From Bacillus subtilis subsp. subtilis str. 168 (GTDB lineage Bacteria; Bacillota; Bacilli; Bacillales; Bacillaceae), in assembly GCF_000009045.1 (NCBI RefSeq), contig NC_000964.3:3300001-3332000 (forward strand): a stretch of 32,000 nt of DNA, written 5' to 3'. Below, piece after piece: positions 10,485 through 19,675 of this stretch. Every line of letters starts with the position of its first letter. The first letter of the stretch is position 1. The notes under the pieces were generated by a model that did not search any database, was not told the origin of the DNA, and saw only the letters and a list, made by a program, of their open reading frames with translations. Made by a program: the position numbers and the translations under genes.

Positions 10485-10721
10485 ATGACTGAAGTTGAAA
10501 TGAAAGAACAGGTGCAGGAAGTACTGGACAAACTTCGTCCGTTTTTACTTCGTGACGGCGGTGACTGTGAGCTTGTAGACGTAGATGAAGGTATCGTTAA
10601 GCTTCGTCTTCTAGGCGCATGCGGCAGCTGCCCAAGTTCAACAATTACGTTGAAAGCCGGAATTGAGCGCGCTCTTCTTGAAGAAGTGCCGGGTGTCGTT
10701 GAAGTAGAACAAGTCTTTTAA
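10485..10721 (+). CDS. yutI: NifU C-terminal-domain Fe-S scaffold/carrier protein (78 aa from this start)
   Basis: CxxC motif GACGSCPSS is present. ATG at 10485 follows GAAAGGAG with 9 nt spacing. The longest-ORF ATG at 10386 has no SD and lies within the predicted promoter. Confidence 0.85.
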
Positions 10722-10723
10722 TA

Positions 10724-10762
10724 AAGCAGCCAGGCTGATATTTGATCAGCCTGGCTTTTTTA
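10724..10762. terminator. Bidirectional terminator between convergent yutI and yuxL
   Basis: 12-bp stem AGCCAGGCTGAT / ATCAGCCTGGCT followed by TTTTTTATT. The yuxL stop begins at 10763. Confidence 0.8.
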
Positions 10763-12736
10763 TTAGAGATGTTGATCAAACCATGAGCTGATATAATTCA
10801 GGCGCTTGATCCGCTGTCTTGGGTGTCCGGTGCGTGATAAATTGTGCGATGCATTCGGAAAACGGACAAGCTTGGTTTCCTTGCCCATTTTTTTCAGAGC
10901 GATAAACAGCTGCTCCGCCTGCTCGATCGGGCATCGGTCATCCCGCTCGCCATGCAGTATCAAAAGCGGTGTCTCCACGTTTGCTGCGTATTTTAAAGGA
11001 GACCGGTCCCAGAGCTTTTCTGTGTCCTCAAACATGTCATGCTCAAGCTGCCAGTCTGTAAAGAAATAGCCGATATCACTGACGCCGTGAAAGCTGATCC
11101 AATTTGATATCGAGCGCTGGGTAACGGCAGCTTTAAAGCGGTTCGTCTGCCCGACGATCCAGTTGGTCATAAAACCTCCGTAGCTTCCGCCCGTGACACC
11201 GAGCCGCTTAGGATCAATATGCGGATCTCGTTTGATAGCCTCATCCACAGCCTGCATCACATCGTCATAATCCTTTCCCCCATAATCTCCTCTGACCGCA
11301 TTCACAAATTCCTGCCCGTAGCCGTGGCTTCCTCTCGGATTGATATAAACGACCGCGTATCCTTTCGCCGCCAGCACCTGAAACTCATGAAAATATGTAT
11401 GTCCGTACATCATATGCGGACCGCCGTGTATGTTAAGAATAAGTGGATATGTTGTCTCACCTTCCATTTGTGCAGGCCTCATCAGCCAGCCGTTCACCAT
11501 CACGCCGTCTTCTGTAGCATATTGAATCTCTTCAGGTATTGATATCGTATGCTCCCTGACAAACTTGTCATTCGCGCCAGTCAGCTGTTTCTCTTCCTGT
11601 CCAAGCGGGATACTGTAAAGCTCACTCGGTCTGTCCGGCTTTGTCACACTGGCAATAAAGTGCTGTTCATCAGGTGAAAGAGAAAAGCTATTGATGTACT
11701 CTTTTTCCAGACGAATCGGATACACAAGGCCTTCAATCGAAATATAATAGATGCCCGTACTGCCTTGATCTGTGCCGATGACATAAAACCCTTGGCTGTC
11801 CTTTGTCCAAATCGGGCGCTGTTCAGCACCACCGATCAATGAATCTCCAATCAGCGCATCCGCTAAATGAACGTCCAGCATCTCAGTAAGACATGTGAGG
11901 CGGCCTTGTTCGATATCATAGAGCCACGCCTTTGAGAGCGTAGCATTCTTATATTCCTTTTCATTTCCAAGCAAAGCAAGATACCTTCCGTCTGGTGAAA
12001 ATGAGCTTGATCCGAATGAGCCGCGATGAGGTGTAACCTGCTTAAGATCTCCAGACTCCAGTGACATTATGTAAACATCATGCGGCTTGCTGGCATCATC
12101 TGTTTCAGTTAAATTAGCTGAGAAAACAAGCCATTTGCCGTCAGGAGAAAAAGCAGGATCACCATGATCAGCTTTGTGACTTGTCAGCTCTTTCATCTCA
12201 CCCGACTTTACGCTGACAAGCACAAGCTGGGCATACGCACCTCTCGTCAGCCCTTTGCCGTCCCGTTTGTAGGAGAGGCCTTGCACTTCAACAGGTTCAT
12301 AGCTGTCCTGCTCTGTTTTTTCTCGGTCATCAATGCTTTCCCCCTCTCCCAAACTGACAGTGACCAGAATCGATTCACCGTCCGGGGACCATAGCGGCTT
12401 TGACACGCCATATGGGATATCAGTCAGTTTTCTTGCTTCTCCGCCTTCAGTGCTCATGATATAAAGCTGTGCCGCATCGCCTTCTCGATCAGAAATAAAG
12501 GCAAGCGTGCGCCCGTCCGGAGACCATCTTGGGTCGGTGCTTCGCTTTTCTCCATGTGTCCAAGGAACAGATCCTCCCGTTTTCGTTTCATAGATCCATA
12601 TATTTGATGTATACGAATCTTTCTCTTGATTTACTTGTGATTTTACATATGCGGCACGGGTACCGTCTGGGGCGTATTGAGGATCGGTCACAGAGACAAT
12701 CGCTGTGATGTCGTCTGCGGTTATCAGCTTTTTCAT
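10763..12736 (-). CDS. yuxL: S9-family serine peptidase (acylaminoacyl-peptidase-like) with N-terminal beta-propeller (657 aa)
   Basis: Nucleophile elbow GGSYGGFM is present, with repeated PDG propeller motifs. The first ATG (12742) abuts GGAGGAG, and the second ATG (12736) has about 8 nt spacing. Confidence 0.93.
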   Translation of the reverse strand: MKKLITADDITAIVSVTDPQYAPDGTRAAYVKSQVNQEKDSYTSNIWIYETKTGGSVPWTHGEKRSTDPRWSPDGRTLAFISDREGDAAQLYIMSTEGGEARKLTDIPYGVSKPLWSPDGESILVTVSLGEGESIDDREKTEQDSYEPVEVQGLSYKRDGKGLTRGAYAQLVLVSVKSGEMKELTSHKADHGDPAFSPDGKWLVFSANLTETDDASKPHDVYIMSLESGDLKQVTPHRGSFGSSSFSPDGRYLALLGNEKEYKNATLSKAWLYDIEQGRLTCLTEMLDVHLADALIGDSLIGGAEQRPIWTKDSQGFYVIGTDQGSTGIYYISIEGLVYPIRLEKEYINSFSLSPDEQHFIASVTKPDRPSELYSIPLGQEEKQLTGANDKFVREHTISIPEEIQYATEDGVMVNGWLMRPAQMEGETTYPLILNIHGGPHMMYGHTYFHEFQVLAAKGYAVVYINPRGSHGYGQEFVNAVRGDYGGKDYDDVMQAVDEAIKRDPHIDPKRLGVTGGSYGGFMTNWIVGQTNRFKAAVTQRSISNWISFHGVSDIGYFFTDWQLEHDMFEDTEKLWDRSPLKYAANVETPLLILHGERDDRCPIEQAEQLFIALKKMGKETKLVRFPNASHNLSRTGHPRQRIKRLNYISSWFDQHL

Positions 12737-12798
12737 ATTCATCTCCTCCTTTTTACATGTATTTCGTTTTTCTAAATAAAAACTCCTTTATCTCCAGC

Positions 12799-12834
12799 AA
12801 AAAAAAGCGCCCTCCGCTGACGCTGAGGAACGCT
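12799..12834 (-). terminator. Terminator downstream of thrB (end of hom-thrC-thrB operon)
   Basis: The minus strand reads AGCGTTCCTCAGCGTCAGCGGAGGGCGCT followed by TTTTTTTT. The stem is imperfect and GC-rich. Confidence 0.7.
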
Positions 12835-12843
12835 TGGCATGAT

Positions 12844-13773
12844 CTATACACTTTTTACTTGATATAAAGGATTTCGCTCTATTATACTTCCCTCTTTCGG
12901 AACGGTCAAAGCGTCTACTTCACAATGAGGGAAATGAAGCGCGAGCTGTTCTTTTAGCTCTTCTCCCTTTCCTTTTTCGGTCATGACGAGAATCGTTGGG
13001 CCTGCTCCGCTGAGAGCCGTTCCATATGCGCCCTTCATCTCGGCGACGTGCTCTACTTTTGACAGCTCAGGCACAAGCATCGCCCGGTACGGCTGATGGA
13101 ACATATCCTTCTTCATGATTTTCCCGACAAGCGGCCAATCCTTGGACATGATCGCAGCAATGAGGATATTGCTGACAGCACTTGCTTTTACGGCATCGGC
13201 ATATGGAAACTCCTTCGGAAGCACGTCTCTCGCGTCTCTTGTCAGCACTTCATAAAAAGGAATGACAACGACTACGTCAATGTCAGCATTCGGGACGCGG
13301 ATCATTTGGGTCTCGTCATCCTCATGCAGGCCGATCACAAGTCCGCCGACGAGAGAAGCGCCAGCATTGTCCGGGTGTCCTTCTTCTAGACTCGCTAAAT
13401 GCAGCTTGTCCGCTTCAGACAGCTTTAAGCCGCATAATTCATCAGCCAGTTCAATGGCCGCTACAATCGCTGCGGCGCTGCTGCCAAGGCCGCGTGCAAG
13501 CGGGATGTCGCTCCACACCTTCACATGGACAGGAGGCATTTCTTTTCCGTACAAATCTGCGGTCCGTTTAGCCACTTGGTAGATCAGGTTATCTGTACCC
13601 GCCGGAATTCCGGCGACTGTTTCTGTTTCAGCCTCAAAAGACCATTTGTCGCTTTCAAAGACGGTCAGCTTCAAATATCTGCTGAGCGCCATTCCGACTG
13701 AATCAAAGCCGGGGCCTAGGTTAGCTGTGCTTCCGGGAACAGTGACAGAGAACAGCATGTCGGCTTCGTTCAT
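12844..13773 (-). CDS. thrB: Homoserine kinase (309 aa)
   Basis: GHMP-kinase motif [12 protein letters not shown] is present. The start ATG overlaps the thrC stop (ATGA, 13770-13773). Confidence 0.96.
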
Positions 13774-14828
13774 ACACGGGCCGCTCCTTTTACATATTCA
13801 AGGATGCTGTCTTCATCAGTCGGCAATGTGACAGGCTTGATTTCTGAAATGTCGACCGCTGTGTTCGGATCTTTCAGTCCGTTTCCTGTTAACACAGCTA
13901 CGACCTTGCTGCCTTTCGGAATTTCTCCGGATTTCACCTGTTTCAGCACTCCTGCGATAGACGCGCAAGAACCTGGTTCTGCAAACACGCCTTCTACACG
14001 GGCGATCAGCTGATATGCGTGAAGGATTTCATCATCAGTGACTTCGTCAATTTTCCCATTGGATTCCTCGGCTGCCTTTACAGCTTTGTCCCAGCTTGCC
14101 GGGTTTCCGATACGAATGGCTGTCGCTATTGTTTCCGGATTTTCAATCACTTCATTGCGCACGATTGCCGCCGCACCCTCAGCTTCAAAGCCGCGCATTT
14201 TCGGAAGGCCTGTGCCGTTTTTCTCATGATATTCCTTGAAGCCCTTCCAGTACGCAGTGATGTTTCCAGCATTTCCGACCGGGATCGCTAAAACATCAGG
14301 CGCTTCCCCCAGCTGTTCGCACACTTCGAAGGCAGCAGTTTTTTGGCCTTCAATGCGGTAAGGGTTGACTGAGTTGACAAGGGCAATCGGTGATTTCTCA
14401 CAGATGGAACGGACAATTTTAAGCGCATCGTCAAAGTTTCCGTCAATTGCGATAATCTCGGCTCCGTACATGACAGCTTGAGCGAGTTTTCCAAATGCAA
14501 TTTTTCCGTTCGGGATGATGACAATGCATTTCATGTTAGCACGGGCTGCATATGCTGCCGCAGCAGCGGAAGTGTTACCTGTTGACGCGCACATAATCGT
14601 GTCATTGCCTTCTTCTTTTGCCTTTGCCACAGCCATAACCATTCCGCGATCTTTAAATGATCCCGTAGGATTGACGCCTTCCGTTTTGACATGAAGCTCA
14701 ATTCCGAGCTGCTCAGACAGCTTCGGCAGGTGAATAAGAGGTGTGTTTCCTTCATGTAAAGTTAGCGCCGGTGTTTGATCTGTTACAGGTAAAAATTCTT
14801 TATATTGATGGATAAGTCCTTTCCACAT
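13770..14828 (-). CDS. thrC: Threonine synthase (352 aa)
   Basis: PLP-lysine motif GSFKDRG is present. ATG at 14828 overlaps the hom stop (TAATG). An in-frame TTG at 14837 is an alternative start. Confidence 0.94.
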
Positions 14829-16129
14829 TAGCTCCAACCGTTCCCTTCTACACGATATGTGCTTTTGACTTCTTGAACGACTTCCAAATCATTTAGGTTT
14901 TGCAGGATATCACTGAAATCAGCTTCTGATGTATGATGTGTGACAATTACGATTTCAGCTAACTCATCATGGCCTTTAATTGGCAGCTGAAGGATTTTTT
15001 CAAAGCTCACGCCCCGCTCTGAGAACACAGATGTAATTTTCGAGAATGAACCAACCTCATCTTTTACATGAATTCTTAAAAACTGCTGTGCATAAATGTC
15101 AGACGGCGATTTCATGTTTTTCTCATATTGCGGTCCGACAAAGCTGTTGCCGGTTACACCTAGGCGCATATTTTTCATGACAGCGACGAGGTCAGAAACA
15201 ACGGATGTCGCTGTCGGCATGCTTCCGGCTCCCGGCCCGTAGAACATCGTCTCACCGACAGCCTCGCCGTATACATAAACAGCGTTAAACTCATTATGAA
15301 CAGCAGAAAGCGGATGATGGTCAGGAAGCAGTGTCGGCTGTACGCTGACCTCGATTTTGCTGCCGTCACGCTGAGCAATCCCGATCAGCTTCATTGTATA
15401 GCCGAGGCGTTTGCTGAAGCTGATGTCCTCGTCTGTAATTTGGGAGATCCCCTTTACTTTGACGTCTTCCAGATCCACGTTCATCGAGAAGCCGAGGCGC
15501 GCCAATATCGCCATTTTCCGTGCGGCGTCAAGCCCTTCCACGTCAGAAGTCGGATCAGCTTCGGCAAAACCGAGATCCTGCGCTTCCTTGAGCACTTCCT
15601 CGTATGGGCTTTTCTCTTTGATCATTTTGGTTAAGATAAAGTTTGTTGTGCCGTTCACAATTCCCATCATTTTTGTAATTCGATCTGATGAGAGGCCTTC
15701 CTCTAACGTGCGCAGAATCGGAATCCCGCCGGCAACACTGGCTTCAAAGTAGATATCGCATCCATTTTCCTTCGCTTCGGCAAGCAGCTCGGAGCCGTAC
15801 ACAGCCATTAAGTCCTTGTTTGCTGTGACAACATGCTTTTTCGATCTCAGCGCGTCGACCAAATATTGTTTTGTCTGTTCAACGCCGCCGATCACCTCGA
15901 TGACGACATCAACATCTGGATCATCAATGACATCATACACTTCTGTCGTGAGCACTTCCTTCGGCAAATCTACTTCTCTCTTTTTCTCTAAATCTTTTAC
16001 AAGCACTTTTTTTATCGTAACCGGACAGCCGACCTGATGCATAAGCTTATCCTGATGGTCTTGAATAATTTTAACGACACCGCTTCCGACGGTACCTAAA
16101 CCTAAAAGCCCTACACGAATCGCTTTCAA
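14828..16129 (-). CDS. hom: Homoserine dehydrogenase with C-terminal ACT domain (433 aa)
   Basis: NAD(P) motif [11 protein letters not shown] is present. The start is a TTG at 16129, 7 nt after AAGGTGG. Confidence 0.96.
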   Translation of the reverse strand: MKAIRVGLLGLGTVGSGVVKIIQDHQDKLMHQVGCPVTIKKVLVKDLEKKREVDLPKEVLTTEVYDVIDDPDVDVVIEVIGGVEQTKQYLVDALRSKKHVVTANKDLMAVYGSELLAEAKENGCDIYFEASVAGGIPILRTLEEGLSSDRITKMMGIVNGTTNFILTKMIKEKSPYEEVLKEAQDLGFAEADPTSDVEGLDAARKMAILARLGFSMNVDLEDVKVKGISQITDEDISFSKRLGYTMKLIGIAQRDGSKIEVSVQPTLLPDHHPLSAVHNEFNAVYVYGEAVGETMFYGPGAGSMPTATSVVSDLVAVMKNMRLGVTGNSFVGPQYEKNMKSPSDIYAQQFLRIHVKDEVGSFSKITSVFSERGVSFEKILQLPIKGHDELAEIVIVTHHTSEADFSDILQNLNDLEVVQEVKSTYRVEGNGWS

Positions 16130-16206
16130 AAAAACTCCACCTTTCTTTTGATTGTCCTCTTGGAAAAGACAATTGTTAACTCAACACAGACATATAAGTT
16201 ACAAAC

Positions 16207-16235
16207 ATTATATAAGCCCGCTCCTGTTTTGACAA
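16207..16235 (-). promoter_or_regulatory. Sigma-A promoter of hom-thrC-thrB (TTGTCA-N17-TATAAT)
   Basis: The plus strand reads TGACAA at 16230-16235 and ATTATA at 16207-16212, with an exact 17-nt spacer. This gives a leader of about 70 nt. Confidence 0.7.
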
Positions 16236-16329
16236 GACATCATTAGGCTGAATTTTGCGAATGTAAACGCTTAACGCATTGATATGACAAGATTCTTTAT
16301 TTTCTAATTATTTTTGTCAGATTTTCTCC

Positions 16330-17349
16330 TCACCTTGAGCTGCCTTTGCCGAGCCAGCTGACGCGTGGAACAAACAGCTTCTGCGCCCGCATATTCATGA
16401 ATTCCTGCGCTGTATTGAGAAATTGTTCATAACGCCCACAGTCATTAAGAATGAAGTCAAGCTGTTCTTCAAAATAATGCTTTTCTGATTCTGATGACAT
16501 GTAATAGCTTTCTACGATTTCAAAATAATGAAGCGGGAAAAGCAGACGGCTGTATAAAAGGCGTTTCGAAAATGAAGACAGCGGTGTGACTTGCTCGTAT
16601 TCCTGTAAAAAGAGAAAGCCCTGCTGATTAAAATCTTGTCTGTGATGCAAAAACGTATGCCTCATATATTCAGCCAAATCACGGGAAGCGTGGTCAAACA
16701 CCCAATCCGCCGGAATCCTGATCAATGATTCCGGTGACCATGTATGCCTTTCCATCCGCTGATGGCATATCGTTCCTGAATCAGCGGCTTGGGGCTTGTC
16801 ATCCAGCTCAGTGTCCACTAAATATTGTATCGCGTTTTCTGACAGTCCTAAATAATATGGAAATGATTCGATCATTTTTTTATCGAATGGCTCATGCGGA
16901 GGGGTCTGAACCTTTCTCTGCCAAAATGCTTCCAGCTGATCAATTCGTTTTCCCCACAGATCCTTCCACTGGCCGATTCTTCCGGCCGCCTTCACCTCAT
17001 ATGGATATCCTCGGCCTTTTCGGTGAAATTCCGCAAGCTCCGCTCCAATGGAGAACGCCCTGTTTGAATAAGGGGGGGCCGCCTTCAGCAGAGCGTACGT
17101 TTTTCCCTCATGTTCAAATGTCAGTTCACCTTCTTTTGTAAAGATAAAAACCGAAACGTATGGGTCACTTTGTTCTTGTAAATACTGACTCATGTAATAA
17201 AGCTCCGCCAGCTCTGTTTCTGAGAATTGGGAAACGGGGACAATCAGAAAGTATGAATTAGGCGTCTGAAAGCATTGATATGTGTGCTGGTACATGGAAA
17301 GCTGCCTGATGTGAATGCCGTATTTTTCTTTTATTGTACCTTTCACCAT
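16330..17349 (-). CDS. yutH: CotS-family (kinase-like fold) spore-coat-associated protein (339 aa)
   Basis: The sequence is recognised as YutH. ATG at 17349 lies 5 nt after GCAGG of CAGGTGATC. The track start (17355) is a GTG inside the SD. Confidence 0.85.
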   Translation of the reverse strand: MVKGTIKEKYGIHIRQLSMYQHTYQCFQTPNSYFLIVPVSQFSETELAELYYMSQYLQEQSDPYVSVFIFTKEGELTFEHEGKTYALLKAAPPYSNRAFSIGAELAEFHRKGRGYPYEVKAAGRIGQWKDLWGKRIDQLEAFWQRKVQTPPHEPFDKKMIESFPYYLGLSENAIQYLVDTELDDKPQAADSGTICHQRMERHTWSPESLIRIPADWVFDHASRDLAEYMRHTFLHHRQDFNQQGFLFLQEYEQVTPLSSFSKRLLYSRLLFPLHYFEIVESYYMSSESEKHYFEEQLDFILNDCGRYEQFLNTAQEFMNMRAQKLFVPRVSWLGKGSSR

Positions 17350-17501
17350 GATCACCTGCCTGTTGAATTAGGGCTCATCACATCGTAGTCATACACAGCC
17401 GGAATTATGAATACATATTTTAATCCGAAGAAGGCGCAAGAAAAAGTCGTAAACTTCTCAAGCATTTTGTATAAACTAGTAAAAAAGATTGGGTGAAGCT
17501 G

Positions 17502-18002
17502 ATGTCAGAAAACGAACAATTCAGTCAGATGGAAGCTAAAGCAAGAGCACGGATGAAGGAGCGCGGCGTTGAGGTATCAGACATTGCCGAGCTTGTCTTT
17601 TTTCTGCAGAAAAAATATCATCCGGATTTAACCATTGATGAATGCACGCTGAACGTCAATCGTGTTCTCGCAAAACGCGAGGTGCAAAACGCGATTTTAA
17701 CGGGCATTGAATTGGATGTTCTTGCTGAGCAGAAAAAATTGTCTGAACCGCTGCAAACGATGCTGGAAATAGATGAAAGCCTATATGGAGTAGATGAAGT
17801 TCTGGCATTTTCCATTGTGAACATTTACGGATCGATCGGGTTTACGAACTACGGTTACATCGACAAAGAAAAACCCGGAATCCTTAAACGATTGAATGAT
17901 AAATCAACCGGTGAATGCCATACCTTTTTAGATGACATCGTCGGAGCGATTTCCGCCGCGGCTTCAAGCAGACTTGCTCACCGCGCGCGGCATACAGAAT
18001 AA
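17502..18002 (+). CDS. yutG: Phosphatidylglycerophosphatase A (PgpA)-like protein (166 aa)
   Basis: The sequence is recognised as YutG. ATG at 17502 follows GGGTGA. The track start (17493) is a GTG inside the SD. Confidence 0.88.
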   Translation: MSENEQFSQMEAKARARMKERGVEVSDIAELVFFLQKKYHPDLTIDECTLNVNRVLAKREVQNAILTGIELDVLAEQKKLSEPLQTMLEIDESLYGVDEVLAFSIVNIYGSIGFTNYGYIDKEKPGILKRLNDKSTGECHTFLDDIVGAISAAASSRLAHRARHTE

Positions 18003-18029
18003 GGGCACCCTTTTAGGGCGCCCTTTTTT
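18001..18029. terminator. Terminator between convergent yutG and yutF
   Basis: Stem AAGGGC(A)CCC / GGG(C)GCCCTT followed by TTTTT on the plus strand. The U-tract on the minus strand is weak. Both stop codons touch the element. Confidence 0.7.
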
Positions 18030-18799
18030 CAAATGTATGGAATCCATTCAGTCAGAGAGTCAATGGCGTGAGTCGGTTTTTCCATATCGTCTGTCATATG
18101 TTCTCTTTTCGTTACGCCTGTGTGAACGAGCAGCGTATCCATACCCGCGTTAATGCCGGCCATAATATCAGTGGCGTAGTTGTCGCCGACCATGAGTGTT
18201 TCAGACACATCTGTGCCGAGAACGCGCATCGCCTGCTCCATAATAATTGATTCCGGCTTGCCGATAAATACAGGCTGTACACCTGTAGATACGGTTAACA
18301 CCGATGTCAGTGAGCCGTTTCCCGGCAGGAGCCCTCTTTCAGTCGGAATCGCAATATCTCCGTTAGTGGAAATAAAGCGGGCGCCATTTCTGATTGCCAG
18401 GCAGCCAACAGCAAATTTTTCGTATGTAATGGAACGGTCGATGCCAACAACGACAAAATCCGCGTTTTCTCCGCCAAATGTCAGGCCGTTTTCTTCAATC
18501 GCCTGGCGGATTCCTTCCTCCCCAATCACATACACAGACGCGTCTTTTTTCTGCTGTGCAATGTGCTGGGCAGTTGCCATGCTGGTCGTGAAGACCTGCT
18601 CTTCTGTTGCCGGAATATCAAAAGACACGAGCTTGTCCGCTACCTGCTTCGGTGTGCGCGAAGAGTTGTTTGTCACGAAAAGATAAGGAACGCCGCGATC
18701 TTTCAGCGTTCTGACAAATTCACACGCCTCCTCGATTTTTTCCGTGCCATTGTACATCGTTCCGTCTAAATCAATTAAATACCCTTTATATGTTTTCAT
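18029..18799 (-). CDS. yutF: HAD-superfamily phosphatase, NagD/p-nitrophenyl-phosphatase subfamily (256 aa)
   Basis: HAD motif I LIDLDGTMY is present. ATG at 18799 lies 6 nt after AGGAGTG. The track start is a GTG inside the SD. Confidence 0.92.
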   Translation of the reverse strand: MKTYKGYLIDLDGTMYNGTEKIEEACEFVRTLKDRGVPYLFVTNNSSRTPKQVADKLVSFDIPATEEQVFTTSMATAQHIAQQKKDASVYVIGEEGIRQAIEENGLTFGGENADFVVVGIDRSITYEKFAVGCLAIRNGARFISTNGDIAIPTERGLLPGNGSLTSVLTVSTGVQPVFIGKPESIIMEQAMRVLGTDVSETLMVGDNYATDIMAGINAGMDTLLVHTGVTKREHMTDDMEKPTHAIDSLTEWIPYI

Positions 18800-18827
18800 A
18801 TCCAACACTCCTGTGGCTTTCCAGTTG

Positions 18828-19262
18828 TTATTTAAACGCGGAAACAGGTCCTAGCTCTGTTTCCAAATAGCTTCTGATCCGTTTCGGGAAGTCCTGAAGA
18901 GCTGTTTGATGCGCCTTGATCAGCCTGTAAAGCTCGCCGCTGTCAGCGAGCAGATACTGTTGAACCAACGTTTTGCGGTAGGCGATCAATTTTTTGAGCT
19001 CATCACCCTCTTTTTCCGTGACAACTTTCTCATCAACAAGTATATCCATAATGTCGTCATAGCTGCCCGGGTCCCGCATAATAAAGCCGTCAATCATGTC
19101 ATTGCCTGTATCCAAAATGCATTCGATTAACAGATGGCCTATACGCTGAAGTGCCAATTCCCCGATTTCAGACTGCCAGTCTGTTTGTGAGTCAAATAGC
19201 GCCAGCTGGTGCTCGAAGAACCCTAGTGTTTTTTCGATTTTGCTTCTGTCAACAAAATACAT
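18828..19262 (-). CDS. yutE: DUF86 / HEPN-like protein (144 aa)
   Basis: Recognised as YutE (DUF86 family). The position equivalent to the HEPN R-x4-H-x-Y motif reads AYRKTLVQQY. Confidence 0.88.
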   Translation of the reverse strand: MYFVDRSKIEKTLGFFEHQLALFDSQTDWQSEIGELALQRIGHLLIECILDTGNDMIDGFIMRDPGSYDDIMDILVDEKVVTEKEGDELKKLIAYRKTLVQQYLLADSGELYRLIKAHQTALQDFPKRIRSYLETELGPVSAFK

Positions 19263-19285
19263 GACAGCATCCCCTTTGTGTATAT

Positions 19286-19561
19286 TTATTTTCTGATCCG
19301 TTTCAAGACAAAATACGCACAGCCGAAATTGCAGTATTCGTAAATATATTCATCTAATGTGCTGATTTTCGTTTCGAAGGTTGCCTTTTGATTCTGGTCG
19401 TCAAAGAAGCCCTTGAGCCTTAACTGACCGTATCCCCAGTCTCCCACAATATAATCGTATTTATTTAATATATCGGAGTAGCGGGCTTTAAAAGCCTCTT
19501 CGTTGAAGCCGTCTTTGAAATTGTGCACCAATTCAAATTCGGCATTTTGAATAAGAATCAT
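19286..19561 (-). CDS. yutD: DUF1027-family small protein (91 aa from this start; 102 aa if the ATG at 19594 is used)
   Basis: ATG at 19561 lies 7 nt after AGAGG of AAGAGGTGA. The upstream ATGs at 19594 and 19585 lack a comparable SD. Confidence 0.8.
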   Translation of the reverse strand: MILIQNAEFELVHNFKDGFNEEAFKARYSDILNKYDYIVGDWGYGQLRLKGFFDDQNQKATFETKISTLDEYIYEYCNFGCAYFVLKRIRK

Positions 19562-19675
19562 GATCTCACCTCTTTTTTCACTCATTCCTATCATAATTCA
19601 TTGCCCCGTCCCCATCAATTGCTAAAGAATAAATCATGCGATTTGGCTACCCTACACATGAGGAGGGATTGATAA

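Noticed and set aside
16301-16315. CodY-box-like sequence TATTTTCTAATTATT (11/15 to AATTTTCWGAAAATT) near the yutH 3' end.
   Set aside because: Matches at this level are common in AT-rich DNA, and it is 70-85 nt upstream of the hom -35. I keep it only as a note.
18015-18024. Perfect 10-nt palindrome AGGGCGCCCT.
   Set aside because: It is simply the 3' arm region of the yutG/yutF terminator and has no independent significance.
19595-19675. Forespore sigma-F/sigma-G promoter for yutC (GGCTACCCTA resembling GGnnAnAnTA).
   Set aside because: There is one core mismatch and no correctly spaced -35 element, so the evidence is insufficient to annotate.
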